From assembly GCA_043818415.1 (NCBI GenBank), contig JBDRFW010000133.1:1-32062 (forward strand): a DNA stretch of 32,062 bases, written 5' to 3'. The notes under the pieces were generated by a model. It was not told the origin of the DNA and ran no database searches. It saw only the letters and a program-made list of their open reading frames with translations. This DNA comes from Chloroflexota bacterium (GTDB lineage Bacteria > Chloroflexota > Dehalococcoidia > Dehalococcoidales > RBG-16-60-22). Position numbers and translations under genes: made by a program. This document shows positions 1 through 7,155 of the stretch, piece by piece (the first letter of the stretch is position 1; each line of letters begins with the position of its first letter).

Positions 1-99
1 CATGGTATCCTCGGAGGGGAGCTGCGCCACCTACTACCATTACGGAAGTGATAACTTAAGGGGCGTTTAAGAGGGGCGAAGCCCCTCAAGCAGAAAAAG

Positions 100-174
100 T
101 CATTGCGAGGAGCGCAGCGACGAAGCAATCTCAAAACATTTATAGAGATTGCTTCGCCTTCGGCTCGCAATGAC
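100..174. repeat. Nested palindromic REP/MITE-like element, type A
   Basis: Outer arms gtcattgcgag (100-110) and ctcgcaatgac (164-174) are exact reverse complements. Inner arms gaagcaatctc (122-132) and gagattgcttc (146-156) are also exact reverse complements. It has the same GTCATT...AATGAC termini as the elements at 228-302 and 1364-1450. A GAA-loop hairpin gaggggc-gaa-gcccctc lies just upstream at 71-87. Confidence 0.75.
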
Positions 175-227
175 AAATTAGAAAAACAGAGGGAGACACA
201 GAAGGTGAGGTCCAAAAAATATCCCGA

Positions 228-302
228 CATTGTCATTCCCGCGAAAGCGGGAATCCAGGGGGAGGGGATACTGGATGCCGGGTCAAGCCCGGCATGACAA
301 TG
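228..302. repeat. Nested palindromic REP/MITE-like element, type B
   Basis: Outer stem is cattgtcat/atgacaatg. Hairpin 1 is tcccgc-gaaa-gcggga. Inner stem is atccag/ctggat. Hairpin 2 is gccggg-tcaag-cccggc. Track ORF 103-297 ('...IPAKAGIQ...') is a read-through translation of these repeats, not a gene. Confidence 0.8.
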
Positions 303-319
303 ATGAAGAAAGATAAAAT

Positions 320-1327
320 ATGAATGAAGAGAAAATCCTCTTAGCCCACGGCAGCGGCGGCAAGCTCAGCCACGACCTCATCGAAAAGGACCTGCTGCCG
401 GACCTGGCCAACCCCATCCTCGATAAGCTGGAAGACTCCGCCGTCTTTGAGGTCAGCGGGCGCCTGGCCTTCACCACGGACAGCTATACGGTCAACCCTA
501 TCTTCTTCCCCGGCGGGGACATTGGCAGGCTGGCCGTCTGCGGCACCGTCAACGACCTCGCCATGAGCGGCGCCCGCCCCTTATACCTCAGCCTCTCCTT
601 CATCATCGAGGAAGGCCTGCCCGTGGCCGATTTAAAGAAAATAGTCGCTTCCATCCGGCAGGCTGCCGACGAGGCCGGGGTGAAAATCGTCACCGGCGAT
701 ACCAAGGTGGTCAACCAGGGCAGCGCCGATAAGCTCTTCATCAATACTGCGGGGGTCGGCACCGTGCCGGACGGGGTAAATATCTCCGCCGCTAATGCCC
801 GGCCCGGCGATATGGTTATTATCAGCGGCAATATCGGCGACCACGGCATCGCCGTGATGAGCCAGCGCGAGGGAATCCGGTTCCGTACCCCTGTTCCCTC
901 TGACTGCGCCCCGCTGAACGGGCTGGTGGCAGCGATGCTGGCCGCTTCGGCGGATATCCGTTGCCTGCGCGACCCCACCCGCGGCGGGCTGGCCACCACC
1001 CTTAACGACTTCGCGGTGGCGTCGAAGGTCGGTATCATCATTGAAGAAGATAAAGTCCCGGTGGACCGGGCGGTGCTGGCCGCCTGCGAGATGCTGGGGT
1101 TCGACCCCCTTTACATCGCCAACGAGGGCAAGCTGGCGGCGGTGGTCGCCCCGGAAGCGGCCGAGCGCATCCTGGCCGCCATGAAACAGGAGCGGTACGG
1201 GCAGCAGGCCGCCGTCATCGGGGAGGTGGTTGCGGAGCACCCCGGCCGGGTGATAATGAAGACCGTTCTGGGGGCGTCGCGCATCGTGGACATGCCCGTC
1301 GGCGAGCTGCTGCCGAGAATATGTTAG
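320..1327 (+). CDS. hypE: Hydrogenase maturation protein HypE (carbamoyl dehydratase, PurM superfamily)
   Basis: 335 aa. N-terminal 'LLAHGSGGKLSHDLI', PurM-like core, and the diagnostic C-terminal 'PRIC' motif. It has no SelD-type N-terminal Cys/Sec-Lys loop. Confidence 0.95.
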   Translation: MNEEKILLAHGSGGKLSHDLIEKDLLPDLANPILDKLEDSAVFEVSGRLAFTTDSYTVNPIFFPGGDIGRLAVCGTVNDLAMSGARPLYLSLSFIIEEGLPVADLKKIVASIRQAADEAGVKIVTGDTKVVNQGSADKLFINTAGVGTVPDGVNISAANARPGDMVIISGNIGDHGIAVMSQREGIRFRTPVPSDCAPLNGLVAAMLAASADIRCLRDPTRGGLATTLNDFAVASKVGIIIEEDKVPVDRAVLAACEMLGFDPLYIANEGKLAAVVAPEAAERILAAMKQERYGQQAAVIGEVVAEHPGRVIMKTVLGASRIVDMPVGELLPRIC

Positions 1328-1363
1328 CACTCAGTTGTACGGACCGGTAAAATATATTTTACG

Positions 1364-1450
1364 ATTGTCATTCCAGCGAAAGCTGGAATCCAGTGCTGGC
1401 GCAGGGAAATTTCAATTCCGTTTCTGGATTCTGGCCTTCGCCAGAATGAC
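1364..1450. repeat. Nested palindromic REP/MITE-like element, type B, second copy
   Basis: Same architecture as 228-302: gtcat...atgac termini, hairpin tccagc-gaaa-gctgga, inner stem atccag/ctggat, hairpin tctggc-cttc-gccaga. It fills the hypE/protease intergenic gap. Confidence 0.8.
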
Positions 1451-1470
1451 GTACTCTGCGAGGAGATACA

Positions 1471-1962
1471 GTGTCATCATCCATTGATAATCAGCCCACA
1501 ATAGATGCCCCACCGCGCGTCGTGGTGGTGGGCGTGGGCAACCTGCTGCTCAGGGACGAGGGCATCGGCATCCATGCCGTCAAGGCCCTCCAGGAAATGG
1601 ACCTCCCGCCGGACGTGAAAATCATCGACGGCGGGACATCGCCGGACCTGATTGCCTATACCCGGGTCGGCGATAAGCTGATTATCGTCGACGCGGCGAA
1701 GGCCGGCGGGGAGCCGGGGGCGATTTACCGCTTCCGCCCCGGGGACCTGACCGGGGAAAAGGGCGGCTTGGCCTCGGCCCACGAGCTGGGCGTGGAGCAT
1801 AACCTCAAGCTGATGTCCCTGACCGGCAACGAACCGCGGGAGACCGTCATCATCGGCATCGAGCCCAAGGAAATCGACTGGGGCACGGAGCTTTCCCCGG
1901 AGCTACAGCGGAAGGTGCCGGAAATCGTCAAAGTAGTCCTCCGGGAAATCGGGACTCCGTAG
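1471..1962 (+). CDS. [NiFe]-hydrogenase maturation endopeptidase (HyaD/HycI/HoxW family)
   Basis: 163 aa. 'VVVVGVGNLLLRDEGIGIHAV...IIDGGT...KLIIVDA' is the family signature. GTG start is preceded by GAGGAG. Confidence 0.85.
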   Translation: MSSSIDNQPTIDAPPRVVVVGVGNLLLRDEGIGIHAVKALQEMDLPPDVKIIDGGTSPDLIAYTRVGDKLIIVDAAKAGGEPGAIYRFRPGDLTGEKGGLASAHELGVEHNLKLMSLTGNEPRETVIIGIEPKEIDWGTELSPELQRKVPEIVKVVLREIGTP

Positions 1963-2025
1963 ACAATCAGGCCGGACACGAGTATAATTACGGGTGGGTC
2001 AATGCAGAGGTAGGAGGTATATCTG

Positions 2026-2241
2026 ATGTTCGGTCGTGGCTTTGGACCGTTGGAAATTGGACTGATACTGGTGATCATTCTTATCGTCTTCGGCGTGGGG
2101 AAACTGCCGTCGGTCGGCAGTGCCATTGGCAAGGGGCTGCGGTCGTTCAAGAAGGCACAGTCCGGCGAGGAGGAGGAAGAAGAGGAAGAAGAAGCCCCTA
2201 AGCCCCGTAAGACCACCCGCAAGAAGGTCGTCAAGAGCTGA
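2026..2241 (+). CDS. tatA: Twin-arginine translocase subunit TatA/E
   Basis: 71 aa. N-terminal TM helix plus hinge '[24 protein letters not shown]'. Acidic E-run tail. Confidence 0.9.
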   Translation: MFGRGFGPLEIGLILVIILIVFGVGKLPSVGSAIGKGLRSFKKAQSGEEEEEEEEEAPKPRKTTRKKVVKS

Positions 2242-2318
2242 CCGCCGCCGTACCGGAATCAAACCACCGCTGTCTCCTTCCTTAACGCCCTGTGGAGGCA
2301 GCGCGGAAAAGGTGAGGG

Positions 2319-2621
2319 ATGGGATTTCTCGGCATTGGTTCATGGGAAATACTGCTGATTCTCATTTTAGCGCTGATAATACTGGGACCAGGCAAGCTGA
2401 CCGATTTCGCCCGCACCCTGGGGAAAACGGTCAGGGCCATCCGGAAGGCCAGCGCCGACCTCACCACCGCCGTTACCCGCGAGATTGAAGAAGCCAAGAA
2501 AGCGCCACTGGATTCGCCCCCCCTTAAAGAACGCAGCCACCTGGCGCCGAAGGCCGTGAGCGCTCCGCAGACCAAAAAAGAGACGACCGAGACCGCGGAC
2601 GAGGAGAGGCTGCACGGTTAA
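2319..2621 (+). CDS. Second TatA/TatB-family subunit
   Basis: 100 aa. 'ILLILILALIILGPGKLTDFARTLGKTVRAIRKA' is a TM helix plus amphipathic helix of the TatA/B type. The longer tail suggests a TatB-like role. Confidence 0.8.
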   Translation: MGFLGIGSWEILLILILALIILGPGKLTDFARTLGKTVRAIRKASADLTTAVTREIEEAKKAPLDSPPLKERSHLAPKAVSAPQTKKETTETADEERLHG

Positions 2622-2622
2622 G

Positions 2623-3357
2623 ATGTCTGAGCCCGAACCGAGACTATCTCTCCTCGGCCACTTCCAGGAACTGCGCCGACGCCTCATCCGGAGCGTTATC
2701 GCCGTCGCTATCGGCGTGGTAATCTCCCTTATTTTTTACGAGTGGATTTTCTACATCATGATTCTGCCCGCCGAGGGCATCGAGCTCGTCTTCATCGAAA
2801 TGACGGAGATGGTTGGCACCATCATGAAGGTGGGCCTCGCCGGCGGCCTCATCCTGGCCATGCCCTACATCACCGTGCAGGCAATCCTCTTCATCCGCCC
2901 GGCCCTCACCCGGCGGGAGGCGAGGTACGTGTACCTTACCCTGCCCTGGATAACGATTATGTTCCTGGGGGGTGTGGTCTTTGGCTACTTTGTCCTGATT
3001 CCCCCGGCCGTCCGGTTCCTGCTGACCTTTGGCGCCGATATCGCCACCCCCCAGATAAAAATCGGGAATTACATCGGCATCATCACCCGGCTGCTGCTGG
3101 CCATCGGGCTGATCTTCGAGATGCCGGTGGTGACCACCTTCCTGGCCAGGATAGGTATCATCAAGCCCCACTGGCTCTCCGACCGCAGGAAGATAGCCAT
3201 CATCGGCGCCTTTGTCCTGGCCGCCATCATCACCCCCACCTTCGACCCCATCAACCAGACCCTGGTGGCGGTGCCGCTGATTATCCTCTACGAGATGAGC
3301 ATCTGGCTGGCGAAGCTGGCATACCGCCGCAAAGAAGAGACGCCGGCCGGGCCTTGA
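2623..3357 (+). CDS. tatC: Twin-arginine translocase subunit TatC
   Basis: 244 aa polytopic protein. 'LLGHFQELRRRLIRSVIAV' is the classic TatC N-terminus. The start abuts the stop of the preceding tatA-like gene. Confidence 0.93.
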   Translation: MSEPEPRLSLLGHFQELRRRLIRSVIAVAIGVVISLIFYEWIFYIMILPAEGIELVFIEMTEMVGTIMKVGLAGGLILAMPYITVQAILFIRPALTRREARYVYLTLPWITIMFLGGVVFGYFVLIPPAVRFLLTFGADIATPQIKIGNYIGIITRLLLAIGLIFEMPVVTTFLARIGIIKPHWLSDRRKIAIIGAFVLAAIITPTFDPINQTLVAVPLIILYEMSIWLAKLAYRRKEETPAGP

Positions 3358-3397
3358 TGCGGCCGGACGGGTTGGGATATATTTATACAGACTGTAC

Positions 3398-3494
3398 GGG
3401 AGCGGATGAGTCCCGGTGGGCTTCGCGGACTTCAAATCCGTTGGGGGGCAGTTATGCTGTCTTCGGTGGGTTCGACTCCCATGCGCTCCCGCCA
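3398..3494 (+). tRNA. selC: tRNA-Sec (anticodon UCA)
   Basis: 97 nt, folded by hand. Acceptor GGGAGCG.../...CGCTCCC followed by discriminator G and encoded CCA. Six-bp D stem (GAGTCC/GGGCTT) with a 4-nt loop. Anticodon arm GCGGA-CTTCAAA-TCCGT gives anticodon TCA. Long variable arm. T arm GGGTTCGACTCCC. The anticodon and T arms are near-identical to my recollection of E. coli selC. Confidence 0.93.
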
Positions 3495-3504
3495 GAGCAT
3501 TCTT

Positions 3505-3849
3505 CTAGTTCCGGCTGTAATCGGCGCGAGGCAGCGCTACCCAGTTGACGGAGCACGTTACGGATGACTGCCGGACGACTTCCTCGGTGATGACCAGCTC
3601 GGGGCCGTCCGGCGTATCGTAGGCGTCCAGGCTGATTTGACGCACCTTCGCGGCCAGCCGGGGGCCGACCACCAGCAGCGCCCGTCCCTCATCTTCGACG
3701 ACCTCATCGCCCGGGGCCGCCGTGCCCGTGCCCAGGCCGAGCTTTCCCCGGCCCCGGTCCATGATACGCAAGCTCACCCCGGGACCCTCTTTCTCCGCCG
3801 CCAGCAGTCGCTTCAGTTCCTCTTTAGCCCGCCGGGTCACGTACACCAT
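3505..3849 (-). CDS. HesB/IscA-fold protein lacking the cluster-ligand cysteines, paralog A
   Basis: 'VYVTRRAKEELKRLL...SLRIMDRGRGKLGLG...LLVVGPRLAAKVRQISLDAYDTPDGPELVI' aligns without gaps to ORF 5381-5653 at roughly half identity by eye. It follows the IscA pattern, but 'RGKLGLG' replaces the GCxG motif. I prefer the start at ATG 3849 (MVYVT), which has GGGAG upstream. The track ORF begins at 3858. Confidence 0.6.
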   Translation of the reverse strand: MVYVTRRAKEELKRLLAAEKEGPGVSLRIMDRGRGKLGLGTGTAAPGDEVVEDEGRALLVVGPRLAAKVRQISLDAYDTPDGPELVITEEVVRQSSVTCSVNWVALPRADYSRN

Positions 3850-3889
3850 GTTACACACTCCCGTTTTTTGAAATTTTTGGCCAATTTAT

Positions 3890-3933
3890 ATTTTACGCCT
3901 CGCAGCGGTCCGCGTATATGGCTCTTTAGTAAC
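3890..3933 (-). promoter_or_regulatory. Candidate promoter with conserved upstream box for HesB-like paralog A
   Basis: On the minus strand, TAAAAT (3895-3890) is a -10 candidate. Exactly 18 nt upstream lies the box ACTAAAGAGCCATATAC (plus-strand gtatatggctctttagt, 3914-3930). The same 17-mer occurs with the same 18-nt spacing at 5711-5727 upstream of paralog B. Confidence 0.5.
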
Positions 3934-4055
3934 ACCAGGAAGGTTATTTTTGTAATCATATAGAGACGGACGGGCCCAAATTGGGTAGGGACACCCATTT
4001 AAAATGGTAGACGCATGGATGTACCCGCCGGGGCTATTGCCTATACTGGAAAATA

Positions 4056-4280
4056 ATGCATAAGCCGAAAGGTCCGACCATCACCTATATGCCGGAATCG
4101 TCCATCGGCGGTTGGGCTAAAAGCACACGCCTGGCCCTCGACCTGACCCGGCCGCAGCTGGCCGCCATGACCGGCGTGGACCCGCATGACATCGAGCTGT
4201 TCGAGAATAACCTGCCGGTATCGGTGGAGGTCCGGCGGCGGCTGGTCAAGGAGCTCTCGGCGATACGGGACAATCACTAG
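4056..4280 (+). CDS. Small XRE-family helix-turn-helix protein
   Basis: 74 aa. 'GGWAKSTRLALDLTRPQLAAMTGVDPHDIELFENN' fits the Cro/C1-type HTH pattern. Divergent from HesB-like A. Confidence 0.6.
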   Translation: MHKPKGPTITYMPESSIGGWAKSTRLALDLTRPQLAAMTGVDPHDIELFENNLPVSVEVRRRLVKELSAIRDNH

Positions 4281-4408
4281 ACCGCCGGCGGTATGGTGGG
4301 GAGAAATTTGAAATGTTCGTCTTCAGATACCTGGCAAGCTTTACCTACTGGATGCTCGATATCCTGTCTAACCGCTTGTGCTTCCGGTAGCCCCGGCGAG
4401 GAGTTTAC

Positions 4409-4846
4409 ATGGCGGAGATAATGCCCGTCGGCGGCAGTTCCGGGATGAGCCGCAAGGACCCGGCCGCCGGCGTCCAGAAGGTCATTGCCGTGCTTATCGG
4501 CGCGGGGATGCTGGTTGACTACATTCAGATGCTGGTGTACCAGAACGGCAGCCCCCGGGCGCTGGCCCGGCACGGCGGCGATGGCGGGCACATGACTCTT
4601 TTCGTGCTGGCCAATGATGAATACCTGACCGGCATCACCGGCCGCCACGGGGAATACATCGACTCTCTCACGCTGCACACCAATAAGAGGACTTCCCCGC
4701 GGTTCGGCGGGCATGGCGGCGAAAGGGAATACTCCATCTTTGCCGCCGAGGGTGATCAGATAGTCGGGCTATGGTCCCGCTCGGACACCTTCGTCAACGC
4801 TATCGGCGTGGTCACGGCGCCGGCACCGCGAAGCGCCAGGTTTTAA
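4409..4846 (+). CDS. Jacalin-like (mannose-binding) lectin domain protein with no signal peptide
   Basis: 145 aa. 'HGGDGGHMTLFVL..DEYLTGITGRHGEYIDSLTLHTNKRTSPRFGGHGGEREYSI..EGDQIVGLWSRSDTFVNAIGVV' matches the jacalin beta-prism pattern (GG.GG, isG..g..i.sL.f.TN, G..G). GAGGAG RBS 6-7 nt upstream. Confidence 0.7.
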   Translation: MAEIMPVGGSSGMSRKDPAAGVQKVIAVLIGAGMLVDYIQMLVYQNGSPRALARHGGDGGHMTLFVLANDEYLTGITGRHGEYIDSLTLHTNKRTSPRFGGHGGEREYSIFAAEGDQIVGLWSRSDTFVNAIGVVTAPAPRSARF

Positions 4847-4867
4847 AGACAGCAAACTTGCCTTCGC

Positions 4868-5083
4868 CTAGGAGCGGACCAGCTCCAGCCCCTTGACGGG
4901 AACGGTACTCTGGTGCCGGAGCGCCGGTGCGGGCCCGGGCCCGGAGATTCTCTGAAAAGTCTGGGAACAGGCCTTCAGCCTTTCCAGGAGCGAATAAAGC
5001 TCTTTCTCGGCGTCAACCAGGTGCGCTTCGGCGGTCTTGAAGTTTGACGCCGCCAGTTTGAAATATCCATCCGTATCCAGCAT
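4868..5083 (-). CDS. Small hypothetical helical protein, paralog of 5127-5366
   Basis: 71 aa. Shares 'L.A.N[FW][KR].AEA[HY]L.DA...L......L..C' with the upstream ORF. Third gene in the minus-strand trio 5653->4868. Confidence 0.4.
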   Translation of the reverse strand: MLDTDGYFKLAASNFKTAEAHLVDAEKELYSLLERLKACSQTFQRISGPGPAPALRHQSTVPVKGLELVRS

Positions 5084-5126
5084 ATCTTCTTCTTCCTTCC
5101 TGGAGATTACATCCTGAATCTGACTT

Positions 5127-5366
5127 TCAGTTCCGGGGGAATCTTGAAATTCCGCCGGGAGCCGGGCTGAGGACCACCAGCGGCTGTTTCCAGCCGTCGG
5201 TCATGGATAAACCGGCCTCACCCTTTCTTATCTCCGCCAGGCGGTCCAGGCAGCCTTCCAGCTCCATGACCGCGACGTGCAGGTTGGCCGCGGCGTCATC
5301 GAGGTACGCCTCGGCGATGCGCCAGTTCAGCGCGGAAAGCTCCAGTTTATTGGCGACCTGCTGCAT
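5127..5366 (-). CDS. Small hypothetical helical protein
   Basis: 79 aa. It starts 15 nt after HesB-like B stops. Paralogous motif as in 4868-5083. I recognise no family. Confidence 0.45.
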   Translation of the reverse strand: MQQVANKLELSALNWRIAEAYLDDAAANLHVAVMELEGCLDRLAEIRKGEAGLSMTDGWKQPLVVLSPAPGGISRFPRN

Positions 5367-5380
5367 CGTTATTTCTCCGC

Positions 5381-5653
5381 CTACACTTCACAGATGACCA
5401 GCTCGGCACCCCCGGGGGTGTCATCCACGTCGAGGATAACCCGGTGAAGTCGGGAGGCCAGACCGGACTCCACCACCAGCAGCCTGATACCCTGGTACTC
5501 CACCGCCTGGTCGTTCTGCCCCTCGATGTCCACACCCAGTCCCAGCTTTCCCCGGTCCCTCTCCAGCAGGCGCAGGCGCGCCCCGGGCCAGTCCACCTTA
5601 GCCTCGAGCAGCCTCTTCAGTTCCAGTTTAGCCTGCTCCGTCACCTGTATCAT
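5381..5653 (-). CDS. HesB/IscA-fold protein lacking the cluster-ligand cysteines, paralog B
   Basis: 90 aa. 'MIQVTEQAKLELKRLL...RLRLLERDRGKLGLGV...LLVVESGLASRLHRVILDVDDTPGGAELVICEV'. It ends at TAG, not TGA. Confidence 0.65.
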   Translation of the reverse strand: MIQVTEQAKLELKRLLEAKVDWPGARLRLLERDRGKLGLGVDIEGQNDQAVEYQGIRLLVVESGLASRLHRVILDVDDTPGGAELVICEV

Positions 5654-5686
5654 GCCATATTCCCCGCTTGAAATAAGACCATTTTA

Positions 5687-5730
5687 ATTTTAGGTGTAAT
5701 AAAAGTGGCTGTATATGGCTCTTTAGTCAC
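5687..5730 (-). promoter_or_regulatory. Candidate promoter with conserved upstream box for HesB-like paralog B
   Basis: Minus-strand TAAAAT (5692-5687) with the identical 17-mer box (plus-strand gtatatggctctttagt, 5711-5727) 18 nt upstream. The leaders also share TAAAAT(A/T)(T/A)AAATGG and ATTTCAA. Confidence 0.5.
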
Positions 5731-5956
5731 GTTGGGAATAGTATATTTCGGGGGTACGACCGCCACGTGAGCCCGGTCCCACGTCTGAACGAAAGGTAAA
5801 GTCCCCCCTCCCGAAGGTACTAAAGTACGGGTTGTCAAATAAATCTATAGTACCATCTAGCTATACCAAGATTGACGTAAAGAGGCTAGAATATATAGAG
5901 GCGCGAGTAGGCCTGTCAAAATATGCCCGGTAGCCGATATCAGAAGGTTAGTTCTT

Positions 5957-7060
5957 ATGGCTAAAGCGGACACCGAATCACAATTCAAAAACGACGAATT
6001 CACGCGGATTTTCGACGAGTACCGCGCCAAGATAGACGAGATTACCCGCAAGGCGGAGAGGAATCTCAAGCCCGTTGACGGGGCGCCCGTCGACGAAGAA
6101 GAACTAGACGTTGAAATTCCGGGGGAGGCCGAGCCGGAGATACAGCCGCCGGCGCAAGTACGCGCCGAGATAGCCCGCCTGCCGGAAAAAGAGGCCGCCA
6201 GGATTATCGAGGATGCTAAACTCCAGGCGCAGCGGATAATCGACGAAGCGGAGGAAAAGGCCCGCAAAGAAGCCAAGAAACGGACCCAGGCGCAGGTCAA
6301 TAAAATCGTGGAGCGGACCAAGAAAGAGGCCGAGGAAATCATCACCCAGGCCAAACACATCGCCGAAAAGGAGAGGGGAGGCGCCCTCGCCTCTTCCAAG
6401 CGCGAGGCCGAGCACCTCATCAAGGAGATTACCGAGAAGTGCCGCCAGGAGACCCAGGCGCAGTCGGCCCGGGTGGTCGCCGAGGCGCGGGACGAAGCGG
6501 AAAAGATGCTGGGCGACGTCATGGAGAGCAGCCGGGAAATCAGCCGGCTGGTGGCGGAAATCGGCAAGAGGGCCTCGGACACGATACAGGAGTTCGAGAC
6601 CCGTCTGAAGGCGGAGACCGCCGAGCTGGCCGCCGCCATCGCCGCGGCCCAGCAGAAGCTGGACCAGGTCTCCGCGGTAACCGTCGAGGAAGAAGAGACC
6701 AGCGCCGCGGCCGCCAGCAAGATTAAAGAGCTGGACCGCGACCTTACCCTGTCCGTGCGGCTGAAGGGCGAGCAGACCAAGGGCCACAACGGCAACGCGC
6801 CGCTTTTCACCGGCCAAGTGGAGCTGAAGGCCCTGTCGCCGTCGTTTGACTTCCGCTATTTGAAGAGCCTGAAAACCCACCTCTCCCGCATCCCCAGCAT
6901 CAAGTACCTCCAGGAGTACGCCTCCGAGAAGGAAATGACGGTGCTGTTCGACGTCCGGGAGCCCCTGCCGCTGCTCGATATTCTCAAGGATATCCCCTGG
7001 GTCGAGGAGATAGTGGACGAGGCCGACGGCCTCGCCATGGTGCTCAAGAGCCATCCGTAA
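5957..7060 (+). CDS. Coiled-coil protein (ATP-synthase b / V-ATPase E-like heptad region) with a C-terminal globular domain
   Basis: 367 aa. Residues ~70-240 are charged repeats of the 'EA..II..AK..AEKE' type. The last ~110 aa ('FTGQVELKALSPSFDFRYLKSLKTHLSRIPSIKYLQEYASEKEMTVLFDV...') are non-repetitive. The overlapping minus-strand ORFs are low-complexity shadows. Confidence 0.6.
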   Translation: MAKADTESQFKNDEFTRIFDEYRAKIDEITRKAERNLKPVDGAPVDEEELDVEIPGEAEPEIQPPAQVRAEIARLPEKEAARIIEDAKLQAQRIIDEAEEKARKEAKKRTQAQVNKIVERTKKEAEEIITQAKHIAEKERGGALASSKREAEHLIKEITEKCRQETQAQSARVVAEARDEAEKMLGDVMESSREISRLVAEIGKRASDTIQEFETRLKAETAELAAAIAAAQQKLDQVSAVTVEEEETSAAAASKIKELDRDLTLSVRLKGEQTKGHNGNAPLFTGQVELKALSPSFDFRYLKSLKTHLSRIPSIKYLQEYASEKEMTVLFDVREPLPLLDILKDIPWVEEIVDEADGLAMVLKSHP

Positions 7061-7155
7061 GCCCGTCCGGCGTCCCTTAAATCCCTCTTTACCCCTCCTC
7101 CCGGCGACTACTGAAAGTCGGCGCGTCTCTACCGCCTCTCTGGTAAAACCGAACG

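Noticed and set aside
1-3. 'cat' preceded, on the minus strand, by GAGGA, which suggests a minus-strand gene starting at the window edge.
   Set aside because: Only the start codon would be inside the window, so nothing can be supported.
103-297. 64-aa ORF 'MRGAQRRSNL...VIPAKAGIQ...'
   Set aside because: It is wholly composed of the palindromic repeat elements. Such repeat-derived peptides are a recurrent annotation artefact.
320-1327. Possibility that this PurM-family gene is selD, given the Sec genes nearby.
   Set aside because: It has the HypE hallmarks (the N-terminal HGSGG region and C-terminal PRIC). It lacks the SelD N-terminal Cys/Sec-Lys glycine-rich loop.
4313-4390. 25-aa hydrophobic ORF (MFVFRYLASFTYWMLDILSNRLCFR) between the HTH and lectin genes.
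   Set aside because: It has a plausible GGGGAG upstream, but it is too short and featureless to support without conservation or expression data.
3505-5653. HesB-like paralogs as selenoproteins.
   Set aside because: Neither has an in-frame TGA. Both ORFs terminate at TAG, and the positions of the usual cluster ligands hold non-Cys residues rather than a UGA codon.
5731-5956. Possible small structured RNA (GGGGG...CCCCC and ACGTG...CACGT pairings, ~5748-5815) in the HesB-B / coiled-coil intergenic region.
   Set aside because: The pairings are short and I cannot show covariation or match them to a known family. The region is more simply explained as two divergent promoters.
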